Positions 51,239 to 63,733 of a DNA stretch of 64,000 nucleotides are shown here, piece by piece (within the stretch, counting starts at the first letter, position 1; each line of letters starts with the position of its first letter). The notes beneath the pieces were generated by a model. It saw only the letters and a list, made by a program, of their open reading frames with translations. It ran no database searches and was not told the DNA's origin. This DNA is from Octopus vulgaris (Eukaryota). The stretch covers positions 214,830,001-214,894,000 of the forward strand of contig OX597815.1 of NCBI GenBank assembly GCA_951406725.2, given 5' to 3'. Made by a program: the position numbers and the translations under genes.

Positions 51239-53210
51239 TATTATCATTTTCATCAACATTTAATATCCGTATAAATGTTATACTATTACTATAACATTTT
51301 CTGGTATAATTTTTCATATGAGAATTTACAACCAAAAAAGGATAGGTCATCTTACACATCAAGACATCTTTGAACAACCAAAAATTCCATGTGAAATGTA
51401 GCAGGATTTTGGTAAAATAGTGATGATGTTTGAATGTTTACATTTCAGGTTTGCCATGATGTCATATAACAAAAATTTTAGTTAACTGTTAATTCTCTTT
51501 ATACTTATTTTAGTGTTCATGTTAATGTGTGATTATAACCACAAATAAAGGCAAACATTAAAAATCAAATTTGAAATAATTAAACATTATTTCAAATGGA
51601 AATTTGTGGGATTTTTTTCCCTTTAGCTTTATGTAATACACATAAAGTTAAATAGCTGAGTAGGTCTTCAAAGTTATAACTAAAATAGGAACAGTAAATA
51701 ACACTTACTTACAATCACTATGTACATCATGACAGCTGAAAGAATGTACTTCATTCAAGAAACAAGCGACTAGAGATGAAGATTATGTAGATCTTGGATC
51801 TCTTCAAACTGATTTAGGAACATACACTAATAGAGTCATGTCTTAGAAATGCATTAGAAAAGTCCATACTTGCCATATCTATAAAATCCCCCCCCCCTGG
51901 TAAAACTGGACTTCAACTTAGTGACCACTATTACACATTTCTACAGCTCTTCACCAGCTTTTTTTTTTATTTTAATATTGTACATATATAGATTTAACAC
52001 TACTTGAGTTTCTACTGGCTTTCTCAGTTTTTTATGCAATGACTACGGCTTTTAGTCAGGTCATAAGGATGAGCTTCCTTGAATTTAGTTGGCATTTTAT
52101 TGAGATGTCATTCAGACTAATGATTAATGTTTGTAAAACCTATTTCTTTACTACCCACCAGGGGCTAAACACAGAGAGGACAGACAAGGACAGACAAATG
52201 GATTAAGTCGATTATATCAACCCCAGTGCGTAACTGGTATTAAATTTATTGACCCCGAAAGGATGAAAGACAAAGTCAACCTCAGCAGAATTTGAACTCA
52301 GAACATAACGGCAGATGAAATACGTCTGTGCATTTTGCCCAGCGTGCTAACATTTCTACCAGCTAAATTGTCTGCCAAATCATCAAATTCAAATATTCAA
52401 TAAAATTTCTACCATTTTGTTTTGATAGTGAGAAATTTGTCTCTAGCATAAAAGAGATTAAACAAAAATTTTCAGTTTTCTGTAACACCTATATATACAG
52501 TTTTACTATGGTCTTCCTCATTTCTGTGAAACTTGCAAAAATATCTTGATTTCATTCACCAATTTTGCATAGTAGAAGTAGTGGTAGTGATGATGGTTAT
52601 AGTGGCAGTGGTGGTGGTGCAAATTTCACTTTATCAGCTGACTCAACATTCCCAACAGCCACCAAAAGTTATGTAAAAATCTTCCCTCCTTGAACAGATG
52701 CCATCAGTTTATCAGGTAAATTAACACCAGATATAAGGTTAACAGCCAGGAATAGATATTCAGCTACTTAATAGTATTTGTTAGACAGCAAAGTTACTCA
52801 TTCAATTAATTACTTCAATTAAAATCTGTAAGTGATTCACTACCAGCTACATTACTATCAAAGAAAATAGGAGCAATGAAGCACCATGAGTACGTATAGC
52901 ATACTTTGATAAAGTAAGTATTCTGATTCATCAGACATATCTGTTATCTTGTTATAACTACATGTTTCATACTTCACAATTATTACCCAGGCTGCAAACT
53001 AAAACTGTTCTTTTCTCAAGATAAAGACTGCAGACAAACTGACTCTCATCTTTAGCTGTACATGTGTCAGTGATTCTTTTTTCTTTATCGTTTGTTGTCA
53101 GTTTTTTATAATGTCCATTTTTCCATACTTGCATGGATCAGATTGAGTTGTATTGAAGCAGATTTTCTGTGGCTGGACGCCCTTCCTGTCACCACTTTTT
53201 ACACAATAAT

Positions 53211-53300
53211 ATCAGGTCATCCCATAAGTTCTGTCTGATTTTTACCTTTTTTAAAATTGAATGAAGTTTAATAGTATTTTAGAATGTCTAATGGAATTAA
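53211..53300 (+). mobile_element. Mariner-like single TIR fragment
   Basis: TA-TCAGGTCATCCCATAAGTTCTGTCTGATT; no partner end was found. Confidence 0.35.
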
Positions 53301-54489
53301 AAATTATTTTTATGCATTTGTGTACATTTAAACTAATGAAATATTATTTTACAGAATAATAGAATTAAAATGTCTATTATTCTGTAGAATAATAGACAGA
53401 ATACTTTTTTTTACAAATATTTGCGAAGAGTTTTGGAAAGTAGTAATTTGCATAATTAAAAATAGAAAAAAAAATGAAATAAATAAATCGAGTGAGCTAG
53501 TGGTATGTTGTTAGATAAATATGAGATGATGTACTGAATGAAATGCAGATAATTCTCAATTAATTGTAATTTTCCCCTTTGTTGAGGAAAGAAATCTAAA
53601 ACTTAGCAGTAATTGTTAGTGATGCTAATGAAAAATGGAATAATTTCAAGTCTTTGAGAATTAATCACACAAAATGTCTGTGTGCCTTGGATGGAAATCT
53701 GATCTTTATTTGCAGGTGATGTGGTGGTGGTGGTGGTGGTGGTGGTGGTGGTGGTGGGCAGTCAGTCAGTCTTACTGACACTCACAAGGCAGCGAGCTGG
53801 CAGAATTGTTAGGACAACAGGCAGAATGCCTAGCTGCATTTTGTTTGTCTTTGCATTCTGAGTTCAAATCCCACCAAGGTTGACTTTGCCTTTCATCTTT
53901 TCAGAGTCAATAAAATAAGTACCTGTTGAGTGCTGGGGCACTGAAGTCAATCCAATCAACCTATCCTTCCCCCAAATTGTTGACTTTGTGCTAAAACACA
54001 AAAGCAATCTTGCTGGACCTCATCAGAAAAGCTGCTTTGATCAACAAAAGAAATTAAAATTTAGTATTAGTTGTTTGTAATTCTAAAGGAAGTGGGAAAT
54101 AAATTCATGCACTGTGCAAGCAAACAAGGGCCCTTCTCCACAGTTCCACTTCTGCCTCGACATCATAGTCAAATCTGCATCACCAAATTTCACCTTTACC
54201 ATCTTCAAAATGGGGGAATAATGTGTTTTGACACAAGCTGTTTAATTAACTGAACAACTTGCTCATTGACTTAACATGTAAGTGGCTGAGTATTCCACTG
54301 GTATGTGCACCCTTAATGTGATTCTCAGGCTGGACCAAGCATGTGGAAAAGGTGTACCATTAAATTATAAGTTCAAAAACTCCTCTGGTTGCCATTTTCC
54401 CAGTTTCATTCCTGAGTCAACCTAAGAATGCAAAGCATACTTCTTAACCATTCAAAATCATTCAGCAGCCACTTATTTACTGCTCATAC

Positions 54490-54900
54490 ATATATGTTAT
54501 TACTTAGCCATTCCCTTCCTCCCTATGGAGTAAAGGCCATCACCACTTTTTCTCCCCCAACACAGAGCTGTCTTTTCTGCTTCTCTCCAGCTGTACCCCT
54601 GCTTTTTCCACTCAGTCTTAGTCTGTATTTTGCCTATATTTCTGTGTTTCCCTGGAGGATGGCTTCCTTTTCTCTGGTCCTGTTGGTTTTGAATTGTCAT
54701 TGATGCTTCTGTAACTTTGTTTTTCTAGATGGAGCTGTTGGCCCTACACAAGCCCATTTTTACCCCAGGTTGGGGTTGTCTATATTAGTTTGGCCTCTAT
54801 CTTTTGATCTGTCCAGTATAGGACACCCTACCATAAGATTGCATTTCACTGGCATAGTTTTTATTGTCATCGAGGTACACAAGCCCCCAGACTGCAACAA
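54490..54900 (-). mobile_element. Internally deleted RTE derivative (5' UTR joined to 3' end)
   Basis: An RTE-type 5' UTR (GGGGGCTTGTGTACCTCGATGAC..ATGGTAGGGTGTCCTATACTGGACAGATCAAA) is followed by GYSWREAEKTA..GLYS, resembling the RTE C-terminus. Confidence 0.55.
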
Positions 54901-56586
54901 TGCCTGCATATTGTATATTATGCAAGTTTAAGGGAAGACAACTCTGATTACAATACACAAACATTGCATTGTGCCTTCAAGCAAGACACAACTTTTTGTT
55001 TACCTCAATCTGCCACTCCTCTTCATAGCTGAGTTGTCAAGAAGGTCATCCAGCATTCAAATACTTAACTTAAACAATTTGAACATGTAAAAATAAAAAA
55101 AAGAGAGATGATATCAAAGTTATGCAAGCGTGGGAAAAAGAATTTATAATTGTAATAAAAATGTACAGACAAATTTATTCAAAAAGTTACATGGTACATT
55201 GAGGTGTTGATAAATACACAAACAATATAAATTATTGAAATTCGTTTCAAAGGAGGAATGACATGCATTGTATAAACTTTATAATTTAATTCATGAAACC
55301 ACGTTTTGTCAGTCTTGAGCCAAGTACTACTGCCTTTCCTTAAAAATGATACATTTCATATGTTTTTGTGATTCCTTGTATTAATTAGTTCTGCAAGTTT
55401 CTGCTTGACCAAATCTAAGTGCACAGATGTGATGAAGTTTACTTTCTTTTTGTGTTAAACTTATTTTACCAATTCCAACACTTCGTAAACATTATGCAGT
55501 TCATAGCTTTGTAAATTTCTTGGTGAAAAATTTCTGCAAAGAAATATTTGTTTCAACAACATATTTGCTTCAAACAACATTTACTCAGTGTATATTACCA
55601 AGAGGTAGGTGATATATGGAAACCTGTAGTTATTCAACTGGCTATACAAGTTTAACACCATCACCTGATACATGGGTGTCTTTTACGCATCCTCTCTGTT
55701 ATAGGATGTGTTTGAGTCAGGGCTCATCTCTGAAAATAACTTTCTCTTAATCAGCCTTGGAAGCCTTGAAAAAATTCAAAAACCATATATAGTGCTATTC
55801 TTCTATTTCGTGTTACAGCTAGAGGGAGAGAGGGCTGCACCAGTTCTCAGTTGGTACTCATTATTAGATTGGAGCAACTGTGCTTTGCTCAAAAACACAA
55901 TGCACTCCCACCTTGTCTTGAAATTAAACCCACAATTTTACAATCATGAACCCAACATCCTAACCTGTAAGGCGCATACCTGCTAAGTACCACTACCCAT
56001 ATCCCTCTTTATCTAAGTATCATTGCTGATATCCTTAATTACCTTCATTACTGATATCTACTGTTACTTAAGTTTCATTATAGATATTGCTGGCACACTT
56101 TAGATTGTAGACAATATTAATGAGAGCCTTTTTATGGCTATTATTTTCTGAGATATTACTGAGGATTTTCTCCTTACGTTGTTAGATGGGACTGTGTTTA
56201 TTCATTCATTGTTAGGATTTTTTTTTTTTTTTACTGCTGAACGTCTTTCCTAAAAATTCAAATGGAAATTGTATTTAAGACACCAGTGCCGGTGACATGT
56301 AAAAAGCACTGTCCAAACGTGGCAGATACTAGCGTCACCTGACTGGCATCCGTGTCGGTGACATGTAAAAGTACCAACCGATCGTGGCTGTTTGCCAGAC
56401 TCCCCTGGCTCCTGTGCTGATGGCACGTAAAAAACACCCACTACACTCATGGAGTGGTTGGCATTAGGAAGGGCATCCAGCTGTAGAAACACTGCCAAAT
56501 CAGACTAGAGCTTGGTGCAGCCTCCATGGCTTACCAGACCCCGGTTGAACCGTCCAACCCATGCTAGCATGGAAAACGGACGTTAA

Positions 56587-56640
<54 letters not shown>

Positions 56641-57462
56641 TACTCAACTGTTTAGTGGTAAAGCCTATTGTGGCAGAAGAGTTCTTTGTTTCGTTTTCCT
56701 GTCTATGCAAGGCTGATTTCATGTGGAATCAGCCTTGTTGAAGTAGACCTATTATCAAAGAAAGTCTAGATATGCCCAATCTAGATTTTCAGGCATAAAT
56801 TACTTCAAACTACATTATCCAAAGAGCACCTTTCTCTTTTTATCAAAACAAAAAAGAAGACTACTATGTGAGTGATTTGAGAAAGATTTAGTCATTATTT
56901 CTTGTAGGTTGAGTGACCACATTGAGGCCCTCTCCTCATTGGCTGGCATGCTCAAAAGAAACAATACAATAGCTGAAGTAGCAAGGTTTGAACTCCTGAC
57001 CATGTGGTCAGTAGTCCAACACTTTAGCTCCACAACTATAACAATCACAACAGTGATTCCTAATGATTTAAGTAGATTATATAAATTAACCACTTGAGGA
57101 TTGATACAGAAAAATACATATTGTAGACAAAAAGTTTGTAACCACATTGATTATTTGAGAGCTTTTCTTTCCATTTTTTTAGTTTTTATGATTTTTGTTG
57201 TTTTTTTTTTCAAGGTGGTGGTTATAAAAAAAATATTTGCATCCCTTATTTTAAACTTTTGGCTTGGAACCAGAAGTGAAATGTCAGATAAAGTTCTTTT
57301 GAGGAAAAACTGCACGAATAATCCTAGACATGATGTTACAGGTTTGGCAGAAGTCAGAAAATATAACTGTCTGAAACAGACATTGAGATTACTTCTACAA
57401 CAATGTTGTTTGTGTTGTTGCTCTTGCTACAGTTATTGCTTTTACATTTTTTTAAAAACTTT

Positions 57463-57658
57463 AAAAACCGTTAGATTCACTTCAACATTTAAGTTTAATT
57501 TGTCAAAATGTTTTCGTCGCTTTGAGACCACAACCTGCTCACTGACAAAATTCCGTGCTGCATCTCAGAATTTTGTCAGTGAACAGGTTGCGGTCTCAAA
57601 GCGATGAAAATATTTTGACAAATTAAATTTAAATGTTGAAGTGAATCTAACGGTTTTT
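57463..57658. repeat. Foldback palindrome, about 91-bp arms, 14-nt loop
   Basis: 57463-57553 is the reverse complement of 57568-57658. The apex reads CTGACAA-AATTC-loop-GAATT, possibly the 5' half of a hammerhead. Confidence 0.92.
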
Positions 57659-59368
57659 GTGTGTTTCTTAAATGGCTTATAAACACCTTTCACGCTGCAA
57701 TTGTTTTCGTTCCAGCACATGATCTCAGATCAGGTCACTTGCTATGCAAGTACATCTCCATGAAAACTTTTATTTCATCAATTAATAATGATTCTTAAAC
57801 AGAACTTAAGATAGAGGCAAGCAATGGTGTATTCCACTAGCTTAATATTCATGAAACACTGGCTAACTAAAACATTTCCCTTTTTTTTAAGCGTTAAACT
57901 AATACAGCATGTGTTAAAATCTGTCTCTCCTGTGTTGTCTTCTTTTTGTACTCATTGCCTTAACATACAGCATTAATGAAATTAATCAGAAGACTATTAC
58001 ATATAAAACACTAATCAATCAGTTCTAATGTAATCAAAAAGTTTTGATGCGATCAATCAGTTTTGATGTGATCGATCAGTTTTAATGTGAAGCAGAAACT
58101 TCTGGGACGAGTTCATGTAAAGTTTCAAGTGCTTCTGGCTGATGAGATACATCGAAACAGAATCTTTTGTGCCAATGAGCCAAGTATGTTATAAAAACAG
58201 TCATCGTAAAAGAGAGAAGTTCTCCTGTGACATACACAACAGCAACTAGCATATTTGCATTTGAATCTCCTTGAAAGTATTAAGAATAAATATGCAAACC
58301 ATCATTTCAGATCTTGGTGTATACACACTTTACTCTTTTACTCTTTTACTTGTCTCAGTCATTTGACTGTGGCCATGCTGGAACACCGCCTTTAGTCAAG
58401 CAAATCAACCCCAGGACTTATTCTTTGTAAGCCTACTACTTATTCTATCGGTCTCTTTTGCCAAACCGCTAAGTTACGGGGACGTAAACACACCAGCATC
58501 GGTTGTCAAGCGATGTTGGGGGGACAGACACAGATATAAGCACATGCATATATATACATATATACGACAGGCTTCTTTCAATTTCCGTCTACCAAATCCA
58601 CTCACAAGGCTTTGGTTGGCCTGAGGCTATAGTAAAAGACACTTGCCCAAGATGCCACACAGTGGGAATGAACCTGGAACTATGTGGTTGGTAAGCAATA
58701 CTACTTACCACACAGCCACTCCTGCAAATAACAATTGTTTAATCAATGTTAGGGATGGTAAAAAACCCCAACTCTTACTGCTCTGTGTTCCTATATAACT
58801 GAGGATGCCATTGGATGTCTTTTGTTTGCAATACATTCTAGATAGGATCTCACTGCACCTATTTTGACCCTCTCTCCATTCCTCTTTTGTGCAACTCACC
58901 GGTACAGGATCCATTTCCTTTTCATTCACTGTGCCACCACCCTCATCACTCCAGCCCATCTTATTTCCTGTATATAGGTGGCTACATCAGACCCCTGATT
59001 TACAGCTCACTCTACTTTCACCCTGCCTTCCTGTACAGCCTGACCCCGGTCTCATGTCAATCTCTCTACCAGCATACTTGTATTTCTTTCCTTTTACACA
59101 TCCTGGATCTCCGTCATCACTCTGTCTCCTGGGTCACATAGGCTTCTGTCACCTCCCTGCCATCTCAGTCATGTTGCCTTGTATACATGTACCTCTCTCA
59201 AAATACTGAATTCTCTCATCAGTCCATCACTTATCCCATATCTCTCTCATCACTATCATTTACTCTTCTGTCACTCAAGTTTTTCATGCTGTAAAGAGGC
59301 AAGCAAGACAGCAGAGATGTAGAGATGTGAGGTTCTTTTAGTCATGACAAAAACATGCTTACATTATT

Positions 59369-59581
59369 TACATTATTCACATTCGACGGATATTTGTCCT
59401 CATCTTGTTTGTTGTTGTTAACACATTTCGGCTGATATACCCTCCAGTCTTCATCGGATGTCTTGGGGGAAATTTCAAACCTGGCTTCTCATTCCTAAGG
59501 TATTTTTCGATGTTATTATTATTATTATTATTGTTGTTATTATTATTATTATTATATTTATTATTATTATTATTATTATTA
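59369..59581 (-). mobile_element. Left outer arm of a tRNA/(AAT)n/hammerhead foldback element, split by Dong
   Basis: 59369-59520 is the reverse complement of about 62780-62929; hammerhead relic at 59420-59462. Confidence 0.85.
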
Positions 59582-62536
59582 TCTTTTTTTTTCTTCTTTC
59601 AAATTTGCTTCCATTTCTTGCCGAGTGTCTTCCCGACTCCTAGGGCAGAGAAACTCATAGTATACATTGGTAGTCCATTACACTAAACTCACTAGTTCGT
59701 TCATTTTTTTTTTTTTTAAGTTAAATTAAAATACATCGACAATGCTCTTCTCAATACGTGTGATGTACCAGTTAAGACAATCTTTTGCACTTCTTGCAGG
59801 GATGGTAAGCCAGGGATAATTCTCATATAATTTTCGGTTCCCTTCTTGATCATTCCTAGTGCTCCTACGATCACTGGTATTGTAACCACCTTGAGATGCC
59901 ACATTTTCTCAATTTCAATGAGTAGGTCTTTATACTTTCTGAGCTTGTCAAACTCTTTCACTGAGATATTATAATCACAAGGGATGCTCATGTCAATCAA
60001 TAAGCAAACTTTATTGTTTTGGTCTTTCACAACAATATCTGGTTTATTGGCCTTGATGGTTCGGTCTGTATGTACTGGAAAGTCCCACAGAATGGTTACA
60101 TTTTCTCCTTCAGTTACAGCCTCAGGGTGGTGATTATACCACTTGTCGGCAGTTTTGATATTGTAATGCCGACTTATTAGCCAGTGTAGATATTGGCCAA
60201 CTCTGTCATGTCTTAATTTATACTCCACTGGTGCTAAAACTTTACATCCAGAGATTAGGTGGTCCACTGTTTCAATCATGTCGTTGCAGAATCGGCATTT
60301 TGGGTCTGCTCCATTTTTCATCACATTGGCCTGGTAGTTCCGGGTTAATAGGCTTTGATCTTGAGCAGCCAGGATGAAACCTTCACTCTCTGCTTTTAGC
60401 CCTGAGCTCCGTAGCCACTGATGGGTTTGCTTCTGGTCAACATCAGCTTGTTTGCTGCGGTTCACATATTTGCCGTGCAGAGGTTTCTCCTCCCACCTAT
60501 CAGCCAATAGCTCGTGTGCTTTTTTCGTTGCCATTATTTTCACCTTCTTTGCTGTACTTCCCTCGGGTTGTTCAGTTTGGGTATCCTGCACGAGATCAAT
60601 AGCAAATTTTTTGCTTTCCTTTATGATAGAATGAAGCTTCTTTCGTCTCTCGTGATTTTCCACGAGCTTTAGCATCCAGTCATTTGTTATTTCGAGATAT
60701 TTGGCCAGTCCAATTGTGGTTGTTTTGTAAGCTAATTCAAATTGGATCAGGCCTCGACCTCCTTGGGCTCTGGGAAGGTAAAGGCGATCTACGTCTGCCT
60801 TTGGGTGGTGCATCCTATTACAACTCAGCAGCTTGCGTATTTTCCTATCTATATTCTTTACTTCACTCATATTTCAGTTCAACACATTGTAGCTATAAGT
60901 AACAACTGGAACTGCTAAGGAATTTATAGCTAACACCTTGTTACGTGCATTTAGTTCAGATTTCAGGACTGCACGAACTCTCCTATAACATTCCTTCCTG
61001 ATCTTCCATTTCATGCTTGCATGCTGAATACCAGAGCCTTCATTTATCCCTAAATATTTGTAAGTTTGTTCTTGCTCAAGCTCTCTTATGACTGTGTCAA
61101 CATCTAACACGACTGAATTTGTGGTCTTCACTTTCCCTTTCTGGAAAGTGGCCTTGGCACACTTTTCAAGTCCAAACTCCATCCCGATGTCATCACTGAA
61201 TGCTTTCACAGTGCGCAATAGGCCTTCAAGTTCATTATTGTCTTTACCATAAAGTTTTAAGTCATCCATATAAAATAGATGGCTTATTTTTTTATTGGCA
61301 ATTTTATACCCATACCCTGTTCTGTTTAATTCACTTGTAAGGGGTATTAGGGCTATGCAGAATATTAAAGGTGAAAGTGAGTTACCTTGATAAATTCCAC
61401 AGTTGATGTTTATATTTTCTGAGGCAAGTACTCCATTAGAGTGGTATAATTGGAGATTCGTATTCCACAACGACATATTGTGCTTCAGGAAGTTTGAAAT
61501 CACAGGGGAAATTTTGAAGATGTCCAGCGATCTCAAGATCCATGGATGCGGTATACTGTCGAAGGCCTTTTTATAGTCAATCCATGCGGAGCTGAGATTT
61601 CTGCTCTTGTTGTGACAGTTCTCAAGGATCATACGATTAATTAGCAGTTGATCTTTGCATCCGTATGAGCCTCGGTGGCACCCTTTTTGTTCAATGGGGA
61701 AAATATCGTTCTTCTCCATGAATGCGTATGTTTTCTCCGCCAGGATAGATGTTAGGATTTTATACGTGGTGGATAGACAGGTTATAGGCCGATAGTTTTT
61801 TGGAAGGTTGGTTTCGTTATTCTTTGGGAGTAGGTAAGTAATACCACTTGCTAACCATTCAGGTGTTTTCTTTGGGTCTCTCATAATTCCATTGAGCAGC
61901 TGAACTAGCTCACCGTGTGCGCATGGGAGCGATGCGAGCCAGAAATTCGGCACCCTATCTTTACTGGGGGATTTCCAATTATGGGCCTTCGTGAGTGCCT
62001 TTCTTAGGTCTGCTATTGTGATGTCTTCCCATGCTTGTTGTTGTAAATTTTGGTAGGATCCTTCAGTTTGTATAATCCAGTCTGCATTTATGTTGTACGT
62101 CTTCTTGTCACTCCAAATCCTTTTCCAAAAGTTTTGAACTTCATCCATGGGAGGGGGGTCTTTAACGGTTACTTTCTCCTTCCCTATTTCTCTGTAGAAT
62201 TTTTTGGCATTGGATGTGAACAGCTTATTTTGCTTGTAAAACTTGTTTCTCTTCTCAAATCTTCGTATTCTTTGGGCTTTTGCTTGGACTTTTTGTTTCA
62301 GCGTTTCTTTTATTGATATCAGTTCTTCTCTTGGTGAGGATCCAAATTTTCTCTTCATCTTTCTTCCTGTTCTGGATCTTACATCATTCCCACATATTAG
62401 TTCATTTAATATTGATATTTCCCCTCTCATAAATTCAATCTCTTTTTCAATTTTACTTCTCCAGGTTTGATTTCTTCCCAGGTTTGGTTTTCTTTGTTTT
62501 TTCGGAGGCATACAGCTGGTTTCAATTGCCGTAGCA

Positions 62537-62538
<2 letters not shown>
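59582..62538 (-). mobile_element. R4/Dong-clade non-LTR retrotransposon (RT, CCHC, REL endonuclease), 5'-truncated, one premature stop
   Basis: ORFs 60874-62511 and 59716-60870 share one frame, separated by a TGA at a Trp-like position. Motifs include YMDD, CRFC-X8-H-X4-C, RHD and KPD..LID..K..KY. It has a 3' UTR of about 135 nt and (TAA)n on both sides. Confidence 0.95.
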
Positions 62539-62578
<40 letters not shown>

Positions 62579-62601
62579 TATTATTATTATTATTATTATT
62601 A

Positions 62602-62641
<40 letters not shown>

Positions 62642-62949
62642 TGTTCAGGTCATTGCTTGGAATTAAACTCGGAATCTTGGGGTTAAGATCACAGGCTACT
62701 AACCCCAAGATTCCAAGTTCGATTCCAAGCAGTGACCTGAACAATAACAATAATAATTATAATAATGATAATAATAATAATAATAACATCGAAAAATACC
62801 TTAGGAATGAGAACCCAGGTTTGAAATTTCCCCAAAACACCTGAAGAAGGCTGGAGGGTAAATCAGCCAAAACGTTGTGTTAACAACAAACAAGATGAGG
62901 ACAAATATCTGTCAAATGAAAATAATGTACATAATTCCTCATCTCTTAA
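62539..62949 (+). mobile_element. Remainder of the foldback element: (TAT)n, inner tRNA-like hairpin, (AAT)n, hammerhead arm
   Basis: 62641-62685 is inverted at 62700-62743 and includes the B-box-like AAGTTCGATTCC. Confidence 0.85.
62836..62881 (+). ncRNA. Minimal type-I hammerhead motif with a G12A core mutation (probably inactive)
   Basis: AACAC-CTGAAGA-A-GGCTG-loop-CAGCC-AAAAC-GTT-GTGTT; the inverted copy at 59420-59462 retains GAAA. Confidence 0.7.
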
Positions 62950-62951
62950 TT

Positions 62952-63733
62952 ATCATCATCATCATCATCATCATTTAGCATCCGCTTTCCATGCTAGCAT
63001 GGGTTGGATGGGTCAACTGGGGTCTGTGAAGCTGGAAGGCTTCGTCAGGCCCAGTCAGATCTGGCAGTGTTTCTACAGCTGGATGCCCTTCCTAACGCCA
63101 ACCACTCCGCGAGTGTAGTGGGTGTTTTTTACGTGCCACCTGCACAGGTGCCAGACAGAGCTGGCAAACGGCCATGAACGGATGGTGCTTTTACGTGTCA
63201 CCGGCACGGGGCCCAGCCGAGGCTGGCAACGAACATGAACGGATGGTGCTTTTACGTGCCACCGACACGGGGCCAGACAAAGCTGGCAAACGGCCACGAA
63301 CGGACGGTGCTTTTACGTGTCACCGGCACGGGGGCCAGCTGAGGCTGGCAACGGACACGAACGGATGGTGCTTTTACGTGCCACCAACACAGGGCTAGAC
63401 AGAGCTGGCAAACGGCCATGAATGGACAGTGCTTTTACGTGTCACCGGCACGGGGCCAGGCGAGGCTGGCAATGAACACGAACGGATGGTGCTTTTACGT
63501 GCCACCGACACGGGGCTAGACAGAGCTGGCAAACGGCCATGAATAGACAGTGCTTTTATGTGTCACCGGCACGGGGCCAGGCGAGGCTGGCAATGAACAC
63601 GAACGGATGGTGCTTTTACGTGCCACCGACACGGGGGCCAGACAGAGCTGGCAAACGGCCACGAGCGAATGGTGCTTTTACGTATCACTGACACGGGTGC
63701 CAGACAAGGCTGGCAGTGGACACAAACGGATGG
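62952..63733 (-). mobile_element. Family-E SINE with an expanded internal array of ten 61-bp units
   Basis: Tail at 62952-63120. Units start at about 63121, 63184, 63245, 63306, 63367, 63428, 63488, 63549, 63609 and 63671. Confidence 0.9.

Noticed and set aside
57101-57607. 168-aa ORF
   Set aside because: It has low-complexity composition, no recognisable domain, and runs into a foldback repeat.
59716-62511. Prokaryotic RT system (retron, DGR, group II intron) or programmed TGA readthrough
   Set aside because: The RT-CCHC-REL domain order is that of R4/Dong retrotransposons. The TGA sits at a Trp-like position and is most simply a TGG>TGA mutation.
63121-63733. CRISPR-like array (conserved GGTGCTTTTACGTG motif every 61 bp)
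   Set aside because: The intervening sequences are two alternating related types rather than unique spacers. There are no cas genes, and the array lies inside a eukaryotic SINE.
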